This document shows, piece after piece, positions 45,877 to 55,040 of a stretch of DNA of 64,000 nucleotides. The DNA comes from Eubacteriales bacterium (GTDB taxonomy: Bacteria; Bacillota; Clostridia; Oscillospirales; CAG-272). Position 1 is the first letter of the stretch. Each line of letters begins with the position of its first letter. Made by a program: the position numbers and the translations under genes. The stretch lies in contig JAZNYH010000034.1 in NCBI GenBank assembly GCA_045594305.1, positions 484-64,483 on the forward strand, given 5' to 3'. Under the pieces are notes generated by a model. The model saw only the letters and a program-made list of their open reading frames with translations, did not search any database and was not told where the DNA came from.

Positions 45877-48873
45877 ATGAAGGACGCTATTATTAATAAT
45901 AATCCGCCTGTTTCGGGCGATGACAAGAGCTTTATATTCATTTCCTATTCACACATGGACAAGGAAATGGTGTATGAGGACCTTTGGGCGTTGCACGAAA
46001 AAGGCTTTGCCTTTTGGTATGATAATGGAATAACCGCAGGAGAGGTTTGGAACGAGGTTGTTGAGGAGAAAATAAACCATCCAAGCTGTAAGCTTGCTAT
46101 CTTTTTCGTGTCCGAGAACACAATAAAAAGCCCTGCTATTAGGCGTGAAATGCAGCTCGTTCAGGATAGGAAGGTGCCCTTCTTTACCATAAACACAACT
46201 GGCACAATGGTTCAAACGCTTGTTGGTCAGGCACTTGTTGAGGGCAGTGTTAGTCTTACTGACATTTCTCTTTATCAATCCTTCTTCCATAATGACATAA
46301 TCTACATAAGCCGTAGTGAGGCTGGCTATATGGACAATGTCGCTATTCAGTGCATGCGTCACGGTCTTGAAGCAAGCTTTGAGGTTGTCAATGTAAGAAA
46401 CACCACAAAGAAGATACTTATAATCTGCAAAAACAGTAGCTTTTCTAACTCTATTATCAATGGAGTGTACGACTTCTTCTCTATGAAGGAGAATGTAATA
46501 GTCGACAAAAAGCTCGTTGACAAGAACCTAAACAGGCTTGAATGTGCAACAGAGTTTAGCCGTATTTTGCAGGAAAACATAAATGAATACGACGGCTTTA
46601 TTCTTCGTGTTCCCGAAAAGTATAACGACCAGCTCCTTAGCTACATCAACAAGATTATGGAGCTTGGAAAGAGAGTTGTTTTGCTCGATATTGAGCTAAG
46701 CCCCGACAAGCTAAATGGTGCGACCACAATTCCATCATATGTTGGTAGCGACTTTGTAACTGGTGGCATGCTCCTTGGCGAAAGAATGGGAGATCTTGCA
46801 ATCAAGCTCGGTCCAAACAACACAAGCATTGTGCTTTTTGAGGGTCCTTACGCAAATCCATCTGCAAAGATAAGATGCGATAGCCTTTATAGCAAGCTTA
46901 TTTCAACCGCTCCAAACGCCTCTATTCTTCGCTATAATTTGCCCTCTCTTACTGCCTCGACAGCCATTAACTACATAAAGGATCAGGCAAGCGATTGGGA
47001 AAAGAACAGAGCCTTAGCGGGCAAGAATGTCATCCTATTTTGTGGCATTGACAATATTGCCGTAGAGGTTATGCGTACGCTTGCAAGAAACGAGGACTTC
47101 AACCCTATAAACACAGTTTTAAAGGGTGCTAAAAAGCTCATTGTTGTTGGCTATGATGGTATTCGTGATGCCAATAACGAGGTTGTTCTCAAAAACTACG
47201 GAATTGATTTCCTAACAATAGATGTTGTTCCCTTTAAGCAGGGTGTAAATGCTGGCGAAAAGATGTTCTCTATGCTCTTTAAGCACGAGGAAAACGGCAA
47301 GCTTCTTACACAGCCTGAGCTTATTGAGTACATAAAATTCAACACAGAAAAGTTTGATAATGCACAGGACATTAAATTCCTTCTCAATGACAAAAAGGCG
47401 TTTATTTTCGACCTTGATGGCACAATTGCAGATACGGAAACGCTACACTGGGAGGCGTATAATGTTCTTCTTGCAGAGCATAATGTTCACCTGTCAAATA
47501 ATGATATAAGCAGGTATATTGGAAACTCCGAGGTGCGTATTTATGAGATGATAAAGCGTGACTTTGGTATTGATTTTGATGAGGATGATTTTCTTGAAAG
47601 GCGTATTGGTATTTACCTTGACCTTGTTGAGAAAAAGAATTTAAGACCATTTCCATTTATCTATGATATTTTGAAGATGTCAAATGGCAAAAATGCTATT
47701 GTAACCTCTCAAATTCCATTGGTTGTAAATAAGCTTTTAACCCTTTGGGGGCTTGATGATTACTTCCCTGCTAATATGCGCTTCTGTTGTCACGATGGCA
47801 GATATGTAAAGAAGGAAATCTACAAGAGCGTCGGCTCATATCTCGGCTTTAATCATCCCGTAAGCCCAAGAGATGTTGTTTTGTTTGAGGACTCTGTCCA
47901 TTATATTGCAGAGGCTAAAAAGCTCGGAATTACGGTTGTTGGTGTTGAGCATAAATTCAACAGACACACCTTAAAGGCGTGTGACGCTATTATGTCTGCA
48001 AGCCTACACAGAGGAGCATTTGTCGGTCTTTGTGGCTTAGATGTTGTTTATTATGGAACGACAGGTATGCCCGAGGAGGACTCAAAGATGAGCGTGCGTG
48101 ACTTCTCCTTTGAGGTTGGTGGCCCTGCTGCAAACGCTGCTATTACTTATGCTAAGCTCGGTGGAGAGGCGTATCTTGTAACTCGCATTGGCGATAGTGC
48201 CGAGGGGCTTTTGCTCAAATCCAAATTGAAGGAGCTTAATGTAAGGGTTATTGACATTGATGCCGATAACAAGGAGCGTAAGTGTAATGCGTCCTTTGTA
48301 TACATAAATCAATCAAACGCAACTCGAACAATATTTAGTGGTCAAATTCCACCCGCAGAGTCGTGCGATATTGACTTTGAGGAGATTGTTAAGCGTGCTG
48401 ATTTTGTCCTCTATGACGGCAATTTGCCAAGGGCTGAGGATAAGCTGATAAAGTATGTAGAATATTATGACAAGGACCTCATAATTGATGCAGGAAGCTA
48501 CAAGGCAGGATTTCCCGAGTGCTTCTATCGTGCAAGCACAGTAATATCCTCTGAGAGCTTTAAGGACCAATCTGGTGCAGATGTGTTTGAGCTACAAGGA
48601 AGATACGGATTTAGATACGCTGCAAAGACTCGTGGTGGCAAGTCAGTTATATATAATACTGCCACAGGTAGGGGCGAAATACCCGTTGAGAGCGTCAAGG
48701 CCATTGACACCCTTGGTGCTGGCGATATTATTCACGGTGCGTATTGCTATTTCTATTATGTAAAGAAGCTACCATTTGAAAAGGCTCTTGAAAATGCCTC
48801 TCGTATTGCAACCCTTAGCGTTACTAAGCGTGGTGTTGTAAATGGTCTTAAATATGCTATTGATAAGCTTTAA
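45877..48873 (+). CDS. Four-domain fusion: TIR-like, periplasmic-binding-protein (LacI-type) sugar-binding, HAD-IA phosphatase and PfkB carbohydrate kinase
   Basis: aa 18-140: FIFISYSHMD...GEVW...AIFFVSENTIKSPAIRRE. aa 178-485: VGSDFVTGG, FEGP, VVGYDG. aa 507-695: DLDGT (nt 47410), VTSQ, FEDS. aa 713-998: GGPAANAA and DTLGAGD (nt 48706). Confidence 0.7.
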   Translation: MKDAIINNNPPVSGDDKSFIFISYSHMDKEMVYEDLWALHEKGFAFWYDNGITAGEVWNEVVEEKINHPSCKLAIFFVSENTIKSPAIRREMQLVQDRKVPFFTINTTGTMVQTLVGQALVEGSVSLTDISLYQSFFHNDIIYISRSEAGYMDNVAIQCMRHGLEASFEVVNVRNTTKKILIICKNSSFSNSIINGVYDFFSMKENVIVDKKLVDKNLNRLECATEFSRILQENINEYDGFILRVPEKYNDQLLSYINKIMELGKRVVLLDIELSPDKLNGATTIPSYVGSDFVTGGMLLGERMGDLAIKLGPNNTSIVLFEGPYANPSAKIRCDSLYSKLISTAPNASILRYNLPSLTASTAINYIKDQASDWEKNRALAGKNVILFCGIDNIAVEVMRTLARNEDFNPINTVLKGAKKLIVVGYDGIRDANNEVVLKNYGIDFLTIDVVPFKQGVNAGEKMFSMLFKHEENGKLLTQPELIEYIKFNTEKFDNAQDIKFLLNDKKAFIFDLDGTIADTETLHWEAYNVLLAEHNVHLSNNDISRYIGNSEVRIYEMIKRDFGIDFDEDDFLERRIGIYLDLVEKKNLRPFPFIYDILKMSNGKNAIVTSQIPLVVNKLLTLWGLDDYFPANMRFCCHDGRYVKKEIYKSVGSYLGFNHPVSPRDVVLFEDSVHYIAEAKKLGITVVGVEHKFNRHTLKACDAIMSASLHRGAFVGLCGLDVVYYGTTGMPEEDSKMSVRDFSFEVGGPAANAAITYAKLGGEAYLVTRIGDSAEGLLLKSKLKELNVRVIDIDADNKERKCNASFVYINQSNATRTIFSGQIPPAESCDIDFEEIVKRADFVLYDGNLPRAEDKLIKYVEYYDKDLIIDAGSYKAGFPECFYRASTVISSESFKDQSGADVFELQGRYGFRYAAKTRGGKSVIYNTATGRGEIPVESVKAIDTLGAGDIIHGAYCYFYYVKKLPFEKALENASRIATLSVTKRGVVNGLKYAIDKL

Positions 48874-48885
48874 AGGAGATTTATT

Positions 48886-49332
48886 ATGAAAATTGCTATT
48901 GGAAACGATCATGTTGCTCTCGACTTGAAAAATCACATAAAGGGCTATCTTGAAGAAAAGGGCTACGAGGTGGTTGATTTTGGCACATATACCTCTGAGC
49001 GTACTGACTATCCTATCTACGCTAAAAGGGTTGCTGATGCTATTGTCGCTAAGGAGTGCGAGCTTGGTATTTTGATTTGTGGAACGGGTGTTGGTATTTC
49101 TATTGCTGCAAACAAGGTTGACGGTATTCGTGCTGCTGTTTGCTCAGAGCCATACTCTGCTGCTCTTACCCGTCAGCACAATAATGCAAACATTATTGCG
49201 TTTGGTGCAAGGGTTATTGGTACTGCTACTGCTGAAATGATTGTAGATGCGTTTCTTAATGCTGAATACGAGGGTGGCAGACACCAAAATCGTGTTGATA
49301 TGATAACAAAGATTGAAAAGGGAGAGCTTTAA
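48886..49332 (+). CDS. rpiB: Ribose-5-phosphate isomerase B
   Basis: MKIAIGNDHVALDLK...ILICGTGVGISIAANK. Confidence 0.9.
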   Translation: MKIAIGNDHVALDLKNHIKGYLEEKGYEVVDFGTYTSERTDYPIYAKRVADAIVAKECELGILICGTGVGISIAANKVDGIRAAVCSEPYSAALTRQHNNANIIAFGARVIGTATAEMIVDAFLNAEYEGGRHQNRVDMITKIEKGEL

Positions 49333-49333
49333 T

Positions 49334-50224
49334 ATGTATTGCTTAGGTCTTGATGTTGGTGGAACTAAAATCAACATCGGTATTCTTAATGAGGAATACA
49401 AGCTCGTAGCTATAAAAAAGCTATATATTAGCGACATTGTCGAGCCTACTGCCGATATTAAGAGTGCCGTTTTACAGCTTTGCAAGGAATGTGGGGTTGA
49501 CTATGGCGAGCTTTCGTCGTGTGGAGTTGGCGTACCTGGAACTGTAAGTGCTGACGGCAAAACGCTTATAAAGGCTCCTAACATTGATATTCTCACCTCG
49601 GATTTTGCGACAAGGCTTGAGGCGGTGCTTAAAATTCCCGTATTTATGATGCAGGATTCAAGGGCTGCTGCGTGGGGTGAATACCTTTGCGGTGCAGGCG
49701 TTGGCTCTAAGACCTTAGTGTGTATAACCATTGGCACAGGCATTGGCACGGGCATTGTTATAGACGGAAAAATATACAATGGTGCTCTTGGTACGGCTGG
49801 CGAGCTTGGACATGTGCCCGTTGTTGAAAATGGCAGGCCCTGTGGCTGTGGCAAGGTTGGTTGTATGGAAAAATACTGCGCAGGCAGAGGTCTTGATATT
49901 ACTGCGAGCGAGCTTCTTTATGAGGGAGCTGATGCCTCAGCTCTATTCGAGGCTTCAAGGAACGGCAATGAGGACGCTAAGCGTGCTATTGACAATGCAA
50001 TTATGCTCCTTGGAAGCACCTTGGTTTCGGCAGTTAATCTTCTCTCGCCCGATTGTATGCTATTTAGCGGTGGAATGAGCGAGCAGGAGGAGCTATTCTT
50101 AAACCCTCTTATCGAATACATATCCTCACATTGCTACTCCTCGGGCACTCTTGTTCGAATGGAAAAGGCTAAGCTTGGAGAGTATGCCCCTTTAATTGGA
50201 GCAGGTCTTGGTAGCAGGCAATAA
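49334..50224 (+). CDS. ROK family sugar kinase
   Basis: LGLDVGGTKINIG and GELGH...C.CG..GC ROK zinc motif. The ATG lies 2 nt after the rpiB stop. Confidence 0.8.
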   Translation: MYCLGLDVGGTKINIGILNEEYKLVAIKKLYISDIVEPTADIKSAVLQLCKECGVDYGELSSCGVGVPGTVSADGKTLIKAPNIDILTSDFATRLEAVLKIPVFMMQDSRAAAWGEYLCGAGVGSKTLVCITIGTGIGTGIVIDGKIYNGALGTAGELGHVPVVENGRPCGCGKVGCMEKYCAGRGLDITASELLYEGADASALFEASRNGNEDAKRAIDNAIMLLGSTLVSAVNLLSPDCMLFSGGMSEQEELFLNPLIEYISSHCYSSGTLVRMEKAKLGEYAPLIGAGLGSRQ

Positions 50225-50233
50225 TTAGATAAT

Positions 50234-50264
50234 AAAAAAAGCAGACCAAACGGTCTGCTTTTTT
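50234..50264. terminator. Bidirectional terminator
   Basis: GCAGACC-AAAC-GGTCTGC flanked by A7 and T6. Confidence 0.75.
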
Positions 50265-50289
50265 GCTGCTATTGTGGTTAAGAGCTGGC

Positions 50290-50484
50290 TTACTTGCTCT
50301 TTTTTTCCTCACTCTGCTCGCCGTGGCATATACCAGACATTGCACAGTTAGAGCAACCACATCCACAAGAGGATTTGCCCTGCTTTTTGTTTTTTACAAG
50401 CCTTACGATTATTGCGACTACAACGCCCAGAAGGAGAATTGATATAGCGATTGTAGCGAGGTTATTTGTTATAAATTCAATCAC
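50290..50484 (-). CDS. FeoB-associated Cys-rich membrane protein
   Basis: One TM helix followed by SSCGCGCSNCAMSGIC. It lies immediately downstream of feoB. Confidence 0.7.
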   Translation of the reverse strand: MIEFITNNLATIAISILLLGVVVAIIVRLVKNKKQGKSSCGCGCSNCAMSGICHGEQSEEKKSK

Positions 50485-50505
50485 AGAGCCTTACCTCTCT
50501 TTCTT

Positions 50506-52947
50506 TTATTTTTTTGCCCTTACAAGTCCCTTTGCCTTTTCGATTAGTGAAAAGTCCTTAGGTCTTGCTATCATATATACAATAAATGCCAAAGCAAGTA
50601 TTGCAGAAATTAGTCCAAGTGTGCTTGCTACTGGTGAAATTACTCCAAAGAGATTTCCACTAACAAGTGAGCCGAACCAATAGATGATGAGTGCTACAAG
50701 GTATGCAAAGCCACACTGATAGCCAATTGCGAACCAAGTCCATTTTGCTGAGTTCATCTCACGCTTGATTGCACCGATTGCTGCGAAGCAAGGAGCACAA
50801 AGTAGGTTAAATGCAAGGAAGGAATAGCCTGCTATCTTTGTCATCTCAAAGAAGTCAAGAACTCCAAATACTGCAACAACCTCCTCCTTAGCTACAAGTC
50901 CCATAAAGGTTGCAACTGTTGCCTCAATGCTACCAAAGCCAATTGGAGCAAAGAGCCATTTAAGAGCGTTTCCTATGTATCCGAGGATACTGTCGGCAAG
51001 CTCCATTTCAAGAGCGAAGCCAAAGCCGTCGCCTGTGTTTCCAATGTGTGATACGATCCAAATTACTATTGTTGAAAGAAGGATTATTGTTCCTGCCTTC
51101 TTAATGAATGACCAGCCACGCTCCCACATGCTACGAAGAATGTTTTTAAGTGTTGGCATATGGTATGCAGGAAGCTCCATTATAAAGGGGGACGGATCTC
51201 CTGCAAAGGGCTTTGTCTTTTTAAGGATAAGTCCTGATATTACAACTGCTACAATTCCAAGGAAGTATGCACTTGGTGCTACCCACCACGCTCCTCCAAA
51301 GAGTGCACTTGCGATAAGTCCAATTACTGGAAGCTTTGCTCCACAGGGGATAAAGCTTGTTGTCATTATGGTCATTCTTCTGTCTCTTAGGTTCTCTATT
51401 GTTCTTGATGCCATAATGCCTGGAACGCTACATCCTGTGCCGATAAGCATAGGTATAAAGGACTTTCCGCTAAGTCCAAGCTTTCTAAATATTCTATCCA
51501 TTACAAAGGCAATTCTTGCCATATAGCCACACGCTTCAAGGAATGCCAAAAGAAGGAATAGAACAAGGATTTGTGGTACGAAGCCAAGAACTGCTCCTAC
51601 ACCACCTACAATACCGTCAACGATAAGTGAGTAGAGCCACTCTGCAATTGTTAGCTCGCCCTCATCGTTTGTAAAGAGCTTTTCAAAGAGAACGGGAACG
51701 CCATTTATCCATACACCATACTCTGATGGGTCGGGGGCGGTTTCTATCATTCCTGCAAGGAAGGACGCAGTTATTGGATCGTGCATTGCAAGTGCCTCAC
51801 CATAGGAGCCAAACGCCTCCTCTAAGGCACCGAAGTCCTCATCGTTTATGGCGTTAAGGATTTCCTCTGCGCCGACAACCTCATTTTTAACTGCGATTTC
51901 AAGTGCGCCCTTAGTTGCATCGTTCCATATCGGCTTTGCGTGCTCCTCGACAACCTCCTCGTACTCTCCACTCATTCCAAAGAGGTGGAAGCCGTCGCCA
52001 AAGACACCGTCGTTTGCCCAATCCGTTGCCCATGTTCCAATTGTTGTTACTGAAATAAAGTAAACAAGGAACATAATAAGTGCGAATATTGGGAGTGCGA
52101 GCCACTTGTTTGTTACTATTTTGTCGATTTTCTCTGTTACGGTTGGCTTGCCATCGTTCTTCTTTTTAAGACACTTAGCGGTTACATCTGTAACAAAGTT
52201 ATATCTTTCGTTTGTTATAATGCTCTCTGCGTCATCATCAAAGCTCTTTTCAAGCTCTGCGCTGATTTGCTCGATTTTTGCAAGAGCCTCATCGTTTAAG
52301 CCAAGGGATTTAATTACCCTTTCATCACGCTCAATAAGCTTTATTGCGTACCATCTTTTCTTGTTCTCAGGTACAAGGTCGCAAATCAGATTGCATACGC
52401 TCTTAATTGCTCCCTCAACCTCTGATGAGAAGCGATGAACGGCACTTGTCTGCTCGCCCGACTTAGCACTCTCGATAACTACATCAGCAGCCTCCATAAT
52501 GCCTGTGCCTTTAAGAGCAGATATTTCTACGATTTTACAGCCGATAAGCCTTGATAGCTTATTAATGTCTATCTCGTCGCCTGTTTTTCTTATTATATCG
52601 ACCATATTTATCGCAACAACAACAGGCACACCAAGCTCGGTAAGCTGAGTTGTGAGATAAAGGTTTCTTTCAAGGTTTGTTCCGTCAACTATGTTAAGAA
52701 TGGCATTTGGCTTTTCATTCAAAATATAGTTTCTTGCCACTACCTCCTCAAGTGAGTATGGCGAAAGGGAATAAATTCCTGGTAGGTCAGTAAGGATAAT
52801 ATCCTCGTGCCTTTTGATTTTTCCCTCTTTTTTCTCTACTGTAACGCCAGGCCAGTTTCCTACGAACTGATTTGCGCCTGTAAGTGCATTAAAGAGAGTT
52901 GTTTTTCCCGAGTTCGGGTTGCCCGCTAAGGCAATCTTGTATTCCAT
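50506..52947 (-). CDS. feoB: Ferrous iron transporter B
   Basis: The N-terminal G-domain IALAGNPNSGKTTLFNALTG is followed by a large polytopic membrane domain. Confidence 0.9.
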   Translation of the reverse strand: MEYKIALAGNPNSGKTTLFNALTGANQFVGNWPGVTVEKKEGKIKRHEDIILTDLPGIYSLSPYSLEEVVARNYILNEKPNAILNIVDGTNLERNLYLTTQLTELGVPVVVAINMVDIIRKTGDEIDINKLSRLIGCKIVEISALKGTGIMEAADVVIESAKSGEQTSAVHRFSSEVEGAIKSVCNLICDLVPENKKRWYAIKLIERDERVIKSLGLNDEALAKIEQISAELEKSFDDDAESIITNERYNFVTDVTAKCLKKKNDGKPTVTEKIDKIVTNKWLALPIFALIMFLVYFISVTTIGTWATDWANDGVFGDGFHLFGMSGEYEEVVEEHAKPIWNDATKGALEIAVKNEVVGAEEILNAINDEDFGALEEAFGSYGEALAMHDPITASFLAGMIETAPDPSEYGVWINGVPVLFEKLFTNDEGELTIAEWLYSLIVDGIVGGVGAVLGFVPQILVLFLLLAFLEACGYMARIAFVMDRIFRKLGLSGKSFIPMLIGTGCSVPGIMASRTIENLRDRRMTIMTTSFIPCGAKLPVIGLIASALFGGAWWVAPSAYFLGIVAVVISGLILKKTKPFAGDPSPFIMELPAYHMPTLKNILRSMWERGWSFIKKAGTIILLSTIVIWIVSHIGNTGDGFGFALEMELADSILGYIGNALKWLFAPIGFGSIEATVATFMGLVAKEEVVAVFGVLDFFEMTKIAGYSFLAFNLLCAPCFAAIGAIKREMNSAKWTWFAIGYQCGFAYLVALIIYWFGSLVSGNLFGVISPVASTLGLISAILALAFIVYMIARPKDFSLIEKAKGLVRAKK

Positions 52948-52965
52948 ATGTACCTCTTTATAGTG

Positions 52966-52981
52966 GTTAGCGTTGACTAAC
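52966..52981. promoter_or_regulatory. Palindromic box GTTAGCGTTGACTAAC between feoA and feoB
   Basis: It has the same GTTAG...CTAAC half-sites as the two boxes upstream of feoA. Confidence 0.4.
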
Positions 52982-52995
52982 TGTTTTACAAAAAA

Positions 52996-53217
52996 TTATT
53001 CTACCTCTATCATAGAAGCATCCTCTTTACGAATGGAAAGCTGATAGCCTCTTACGGTTAGCTCCATAGGGTCTCCTAAGGGGGCAAGCCTTCTTACCTC
53101 AACCTCAATTCCCTTGGTAATTCCCATATCCATTATACGGCGTCTTAACGCACCCTCACCGTGAAGCTTAACTACTCTTGCACTTGAGCCTACGGCAATA
53201 TCCTTGAGAGTTTTCAT
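52996..53217 (-). CDS. feoA: FeoA family protein
   Basis: A 73-aa SH3-like protein (...RRIMDMGITKGIEVEV...). Confidence 0.85.
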   Translation of the reverse strand: MKTLKDIAVGSSARVVKLHGEGALRRRIMDMGITKGIEVEVRRLAPLGDPMELTVRGYQLSIRKEDASMIEVE

Positions 53218-53236
53218 TCTGCATTAGCTCCTTTTA

Positions 53237-53252
53237 GTTAGCATATGCTAAC
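53237..53252. promoter_or_regulatory. Candidate metalloregulator operator GTTAGCATATGCTAAC
   Basis: A perfect 16-bp palindrome between the feoA promoter and its RBS. Confidence 0.5.
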
Positions 53253-53270
53253 AGTTGGTTAAAATTATGA

Positions 53271-53286
53271 GTTAGCCTCTGCTAAC
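53271..53286. promoter_or_regulatory. Candidate metalloregulator operator GTTAGCCTCTGCTAAC
   Basis: Palindromic half-sites lie just downstream of the -10 element. Confidence 0.5.
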
Positions 53287-53295
53287 TACACGATA

Positions 53296-53324
53296 ATAAT
53301 ATCACAATATTTACCTGTTGTCAA
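53296..53324 (-). promoter_or_regulatory. feoA promoter
   Basis: On the minus strand: TTGACA, 17 nt, then TATTAT. Confidence 0.55.
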
Positions 53325-53470
53325 TACCTTTTTTTAAATTTTTGGAAAAATTTTTTCAGGATTTTTTGAACGATTTTCTTCCTTATTTATTATACTATTA
53401 TAATTAAGCGAAATATTACACAAAAAATCAATTGAGCGACCTTTTAAGGGTCGCTCAATTATCGCTATTG

Positions 53471-54964
53471 TTATGATTGTGAGGTTGGGTAGTAAATGTT
53501 ATTTGCGCTTACGATATTGAAGTCGATTTCTTCAATGGTAATTGTGGTGTTAGGAGAATTCTTGAGTCCCGCTTGAACATAGTGAACTCCATCCTCTGTC
53601 TTAACCGCAATCGCTGTGATAAGAGTAAGGGTGTAGAAGCTTCCCTTATCGGTGCTATCGTCAAAGCCTCTTGCCTCTATACTTATGTTTGTGTAGTTAA
53701 CAGATTCAATCTTTACATTTATTCCCTTTACGCCATCAACAAGCTCAAGTGTTTCTCCGTCAAGAATTTTTTCAATGTTGGCATTTTGGTTCTTTGAGTT
53801 TACCATAAAGAGCGCAAGGCTTGCATCAACCTCATTAAGCTCGTTATAAAGTGTAAGTAGCTCCTTGTCAATTCTAAAGCCCGCATTTATTCCCTTATAG
53901 CTTGCATGCTCAGGCACAGAGTAGCCTTTAAATGTGATAATTGCGCCTGCCTTTTCGTCTGTGCTTATTTCATCGCAACCAACGCGAGCGCATTGAATGT
54001 GCTTTGTTCCCTCGCCATCAAAGCTTTCATAAGTAAGACCTACGAGCTTTGCACCATTTGCAATTGCAAAATCGTGACCAAGCGCTGGTGTTTTTATAAG
54101 ACCGCAACGAACGCAAGCGATAGCGTCAATACAGGTAAGCTTTTCGCTATTTTTGTGTGTAGAGCCATAATACACATCGCAGTGATTTACATACTTAACG
54201 CTTGATGGCTGATATGTCCATCCTGCTACTGTTCCCTCTGCTCCTGTAAAATTGATAGTAAAACTTGCCCATTGCGAGACTTCAAAGGTTGTAACAGACT
54301 TAGGAACAGTAAGCTCCAGATTAAGGCTAACGAAAGCATTTGATTGAATTGTTGTAAGATTTTCAGGAAGAACTATGCTTGTAAGCTTTTTACAGTTATA
54401 GAAGCCGTTAGTTCTCATTTCTGTTATTTGAGAGCCAGCTTCAAAATCAATTCCAACAAGCGACGTGCAAGCGTAAAAAATCGAAGCCTCCTTATTTCCG
54501 TTTTTTCCAACAAGGGCAGTCATACTCGCAGGAATATAAGCATATGTCATAGGAGTTCCCTCGCAAACAAAATTGAGCTTTTGAGGTCCGTTTCCATCTG
54601 CGTGCTTAATTCCATCAAGGTTCATAATCATAACGTTGCCACTCCAAGCTCCAGCCTTCAATCCGTCGTAGGAATAGCAAAGATAGTAGTCATCATTTAC
54701 ATAAGCTGCAATCTTAGTCTTTACACTTACAATATAGTAGGTATTTTCGCCAGATACATAAGTATAATATGTACCATTTGTTGGCTCGGTTGTTACTCTG
54801 TACCAAGTGAGAGAGTCTCCGTCGCTATCGTAGGTAGGAAGCACTATTGGGTTTCCACTTGTGTCGGTAAGACCCGTGTTAATGTCCTTTGCGAATGCAC
54901 TCAGTGCAAGCACAAGCACGAAAACGAGCATCATCGTTAGAGTAATGATTAGTCTTTTTTTCAT
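53471..54964 (-). CDS. Secreted BspA-type leucine-rich-repeat protein (paralogue of 36541-38307)
   Basis: RBS AAGGAGA lies before MKKRLIITLTMMLVFVLVLALSAFA. It has LRR_5-like repeats and a shared Cys-motif C-terminal domain. Confidence 0.65.
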   Translation of the reverse strand: MKKRLIITLTMMLVFVLVLALSAFAKDINTGLTDTSGNPIVLPTYDSDGDSLTWYRVTTEPTNGTYYTYVSGENTYYIVSVKTKIAAYVNDDYYLCYSYDGLKAGAWSGNVMIMNLDGIKHADGNGPQKLNFVCEGTPMTYAYIPASMTALVGKNGNKEASIFYACTSLVGIDFEAGSQITEMRTNGFYNCKKLTSIVLPENLTTIQSNAFVSLNLELTVPKSVTTFEVSQWASFTINFTGAEGTVAGWTYQPSSVKYVNHCDVYYGSTHKNSEKLTCIDAIACVRCGLIKTPALGHDFAIANGAKLVGLTYESFDGEGTKHIQCARVGCDEISTDEKAGAIITFKGYSVPEHASYKGINAGFRIDKELLTLYNELNEVDASLALFMVNSKNQNANIEKILDGETLELVDGVKGINVKIESVNYTNISIEARGFDDSTDKGSFYTLTLITAIAVKTEDGVHYVQAGLKNSPNTTITIEEIDFNIVSANNIYYPTSQS

Positions 54965-55040
54965 AAAATTTCTCCTTACTTTAATTAGTGGTTGATTTGT
55001 CGTTTTGTTTGTGATAAAATTGATTACAGGGGGTGATGCC

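Noticed and set aside
12145-54940. Long antisense ORFs in the AT-richer block (12145-12909-, 21699-22208-, 35505-36386-, 50927-51526+, 54344-54940+ and others)
   Set aside because: They are embedded opposite well-supported genes (Gfo/Idh/MocA, guaA, feoB, the LRR protein). They have no RBS and no motifs.
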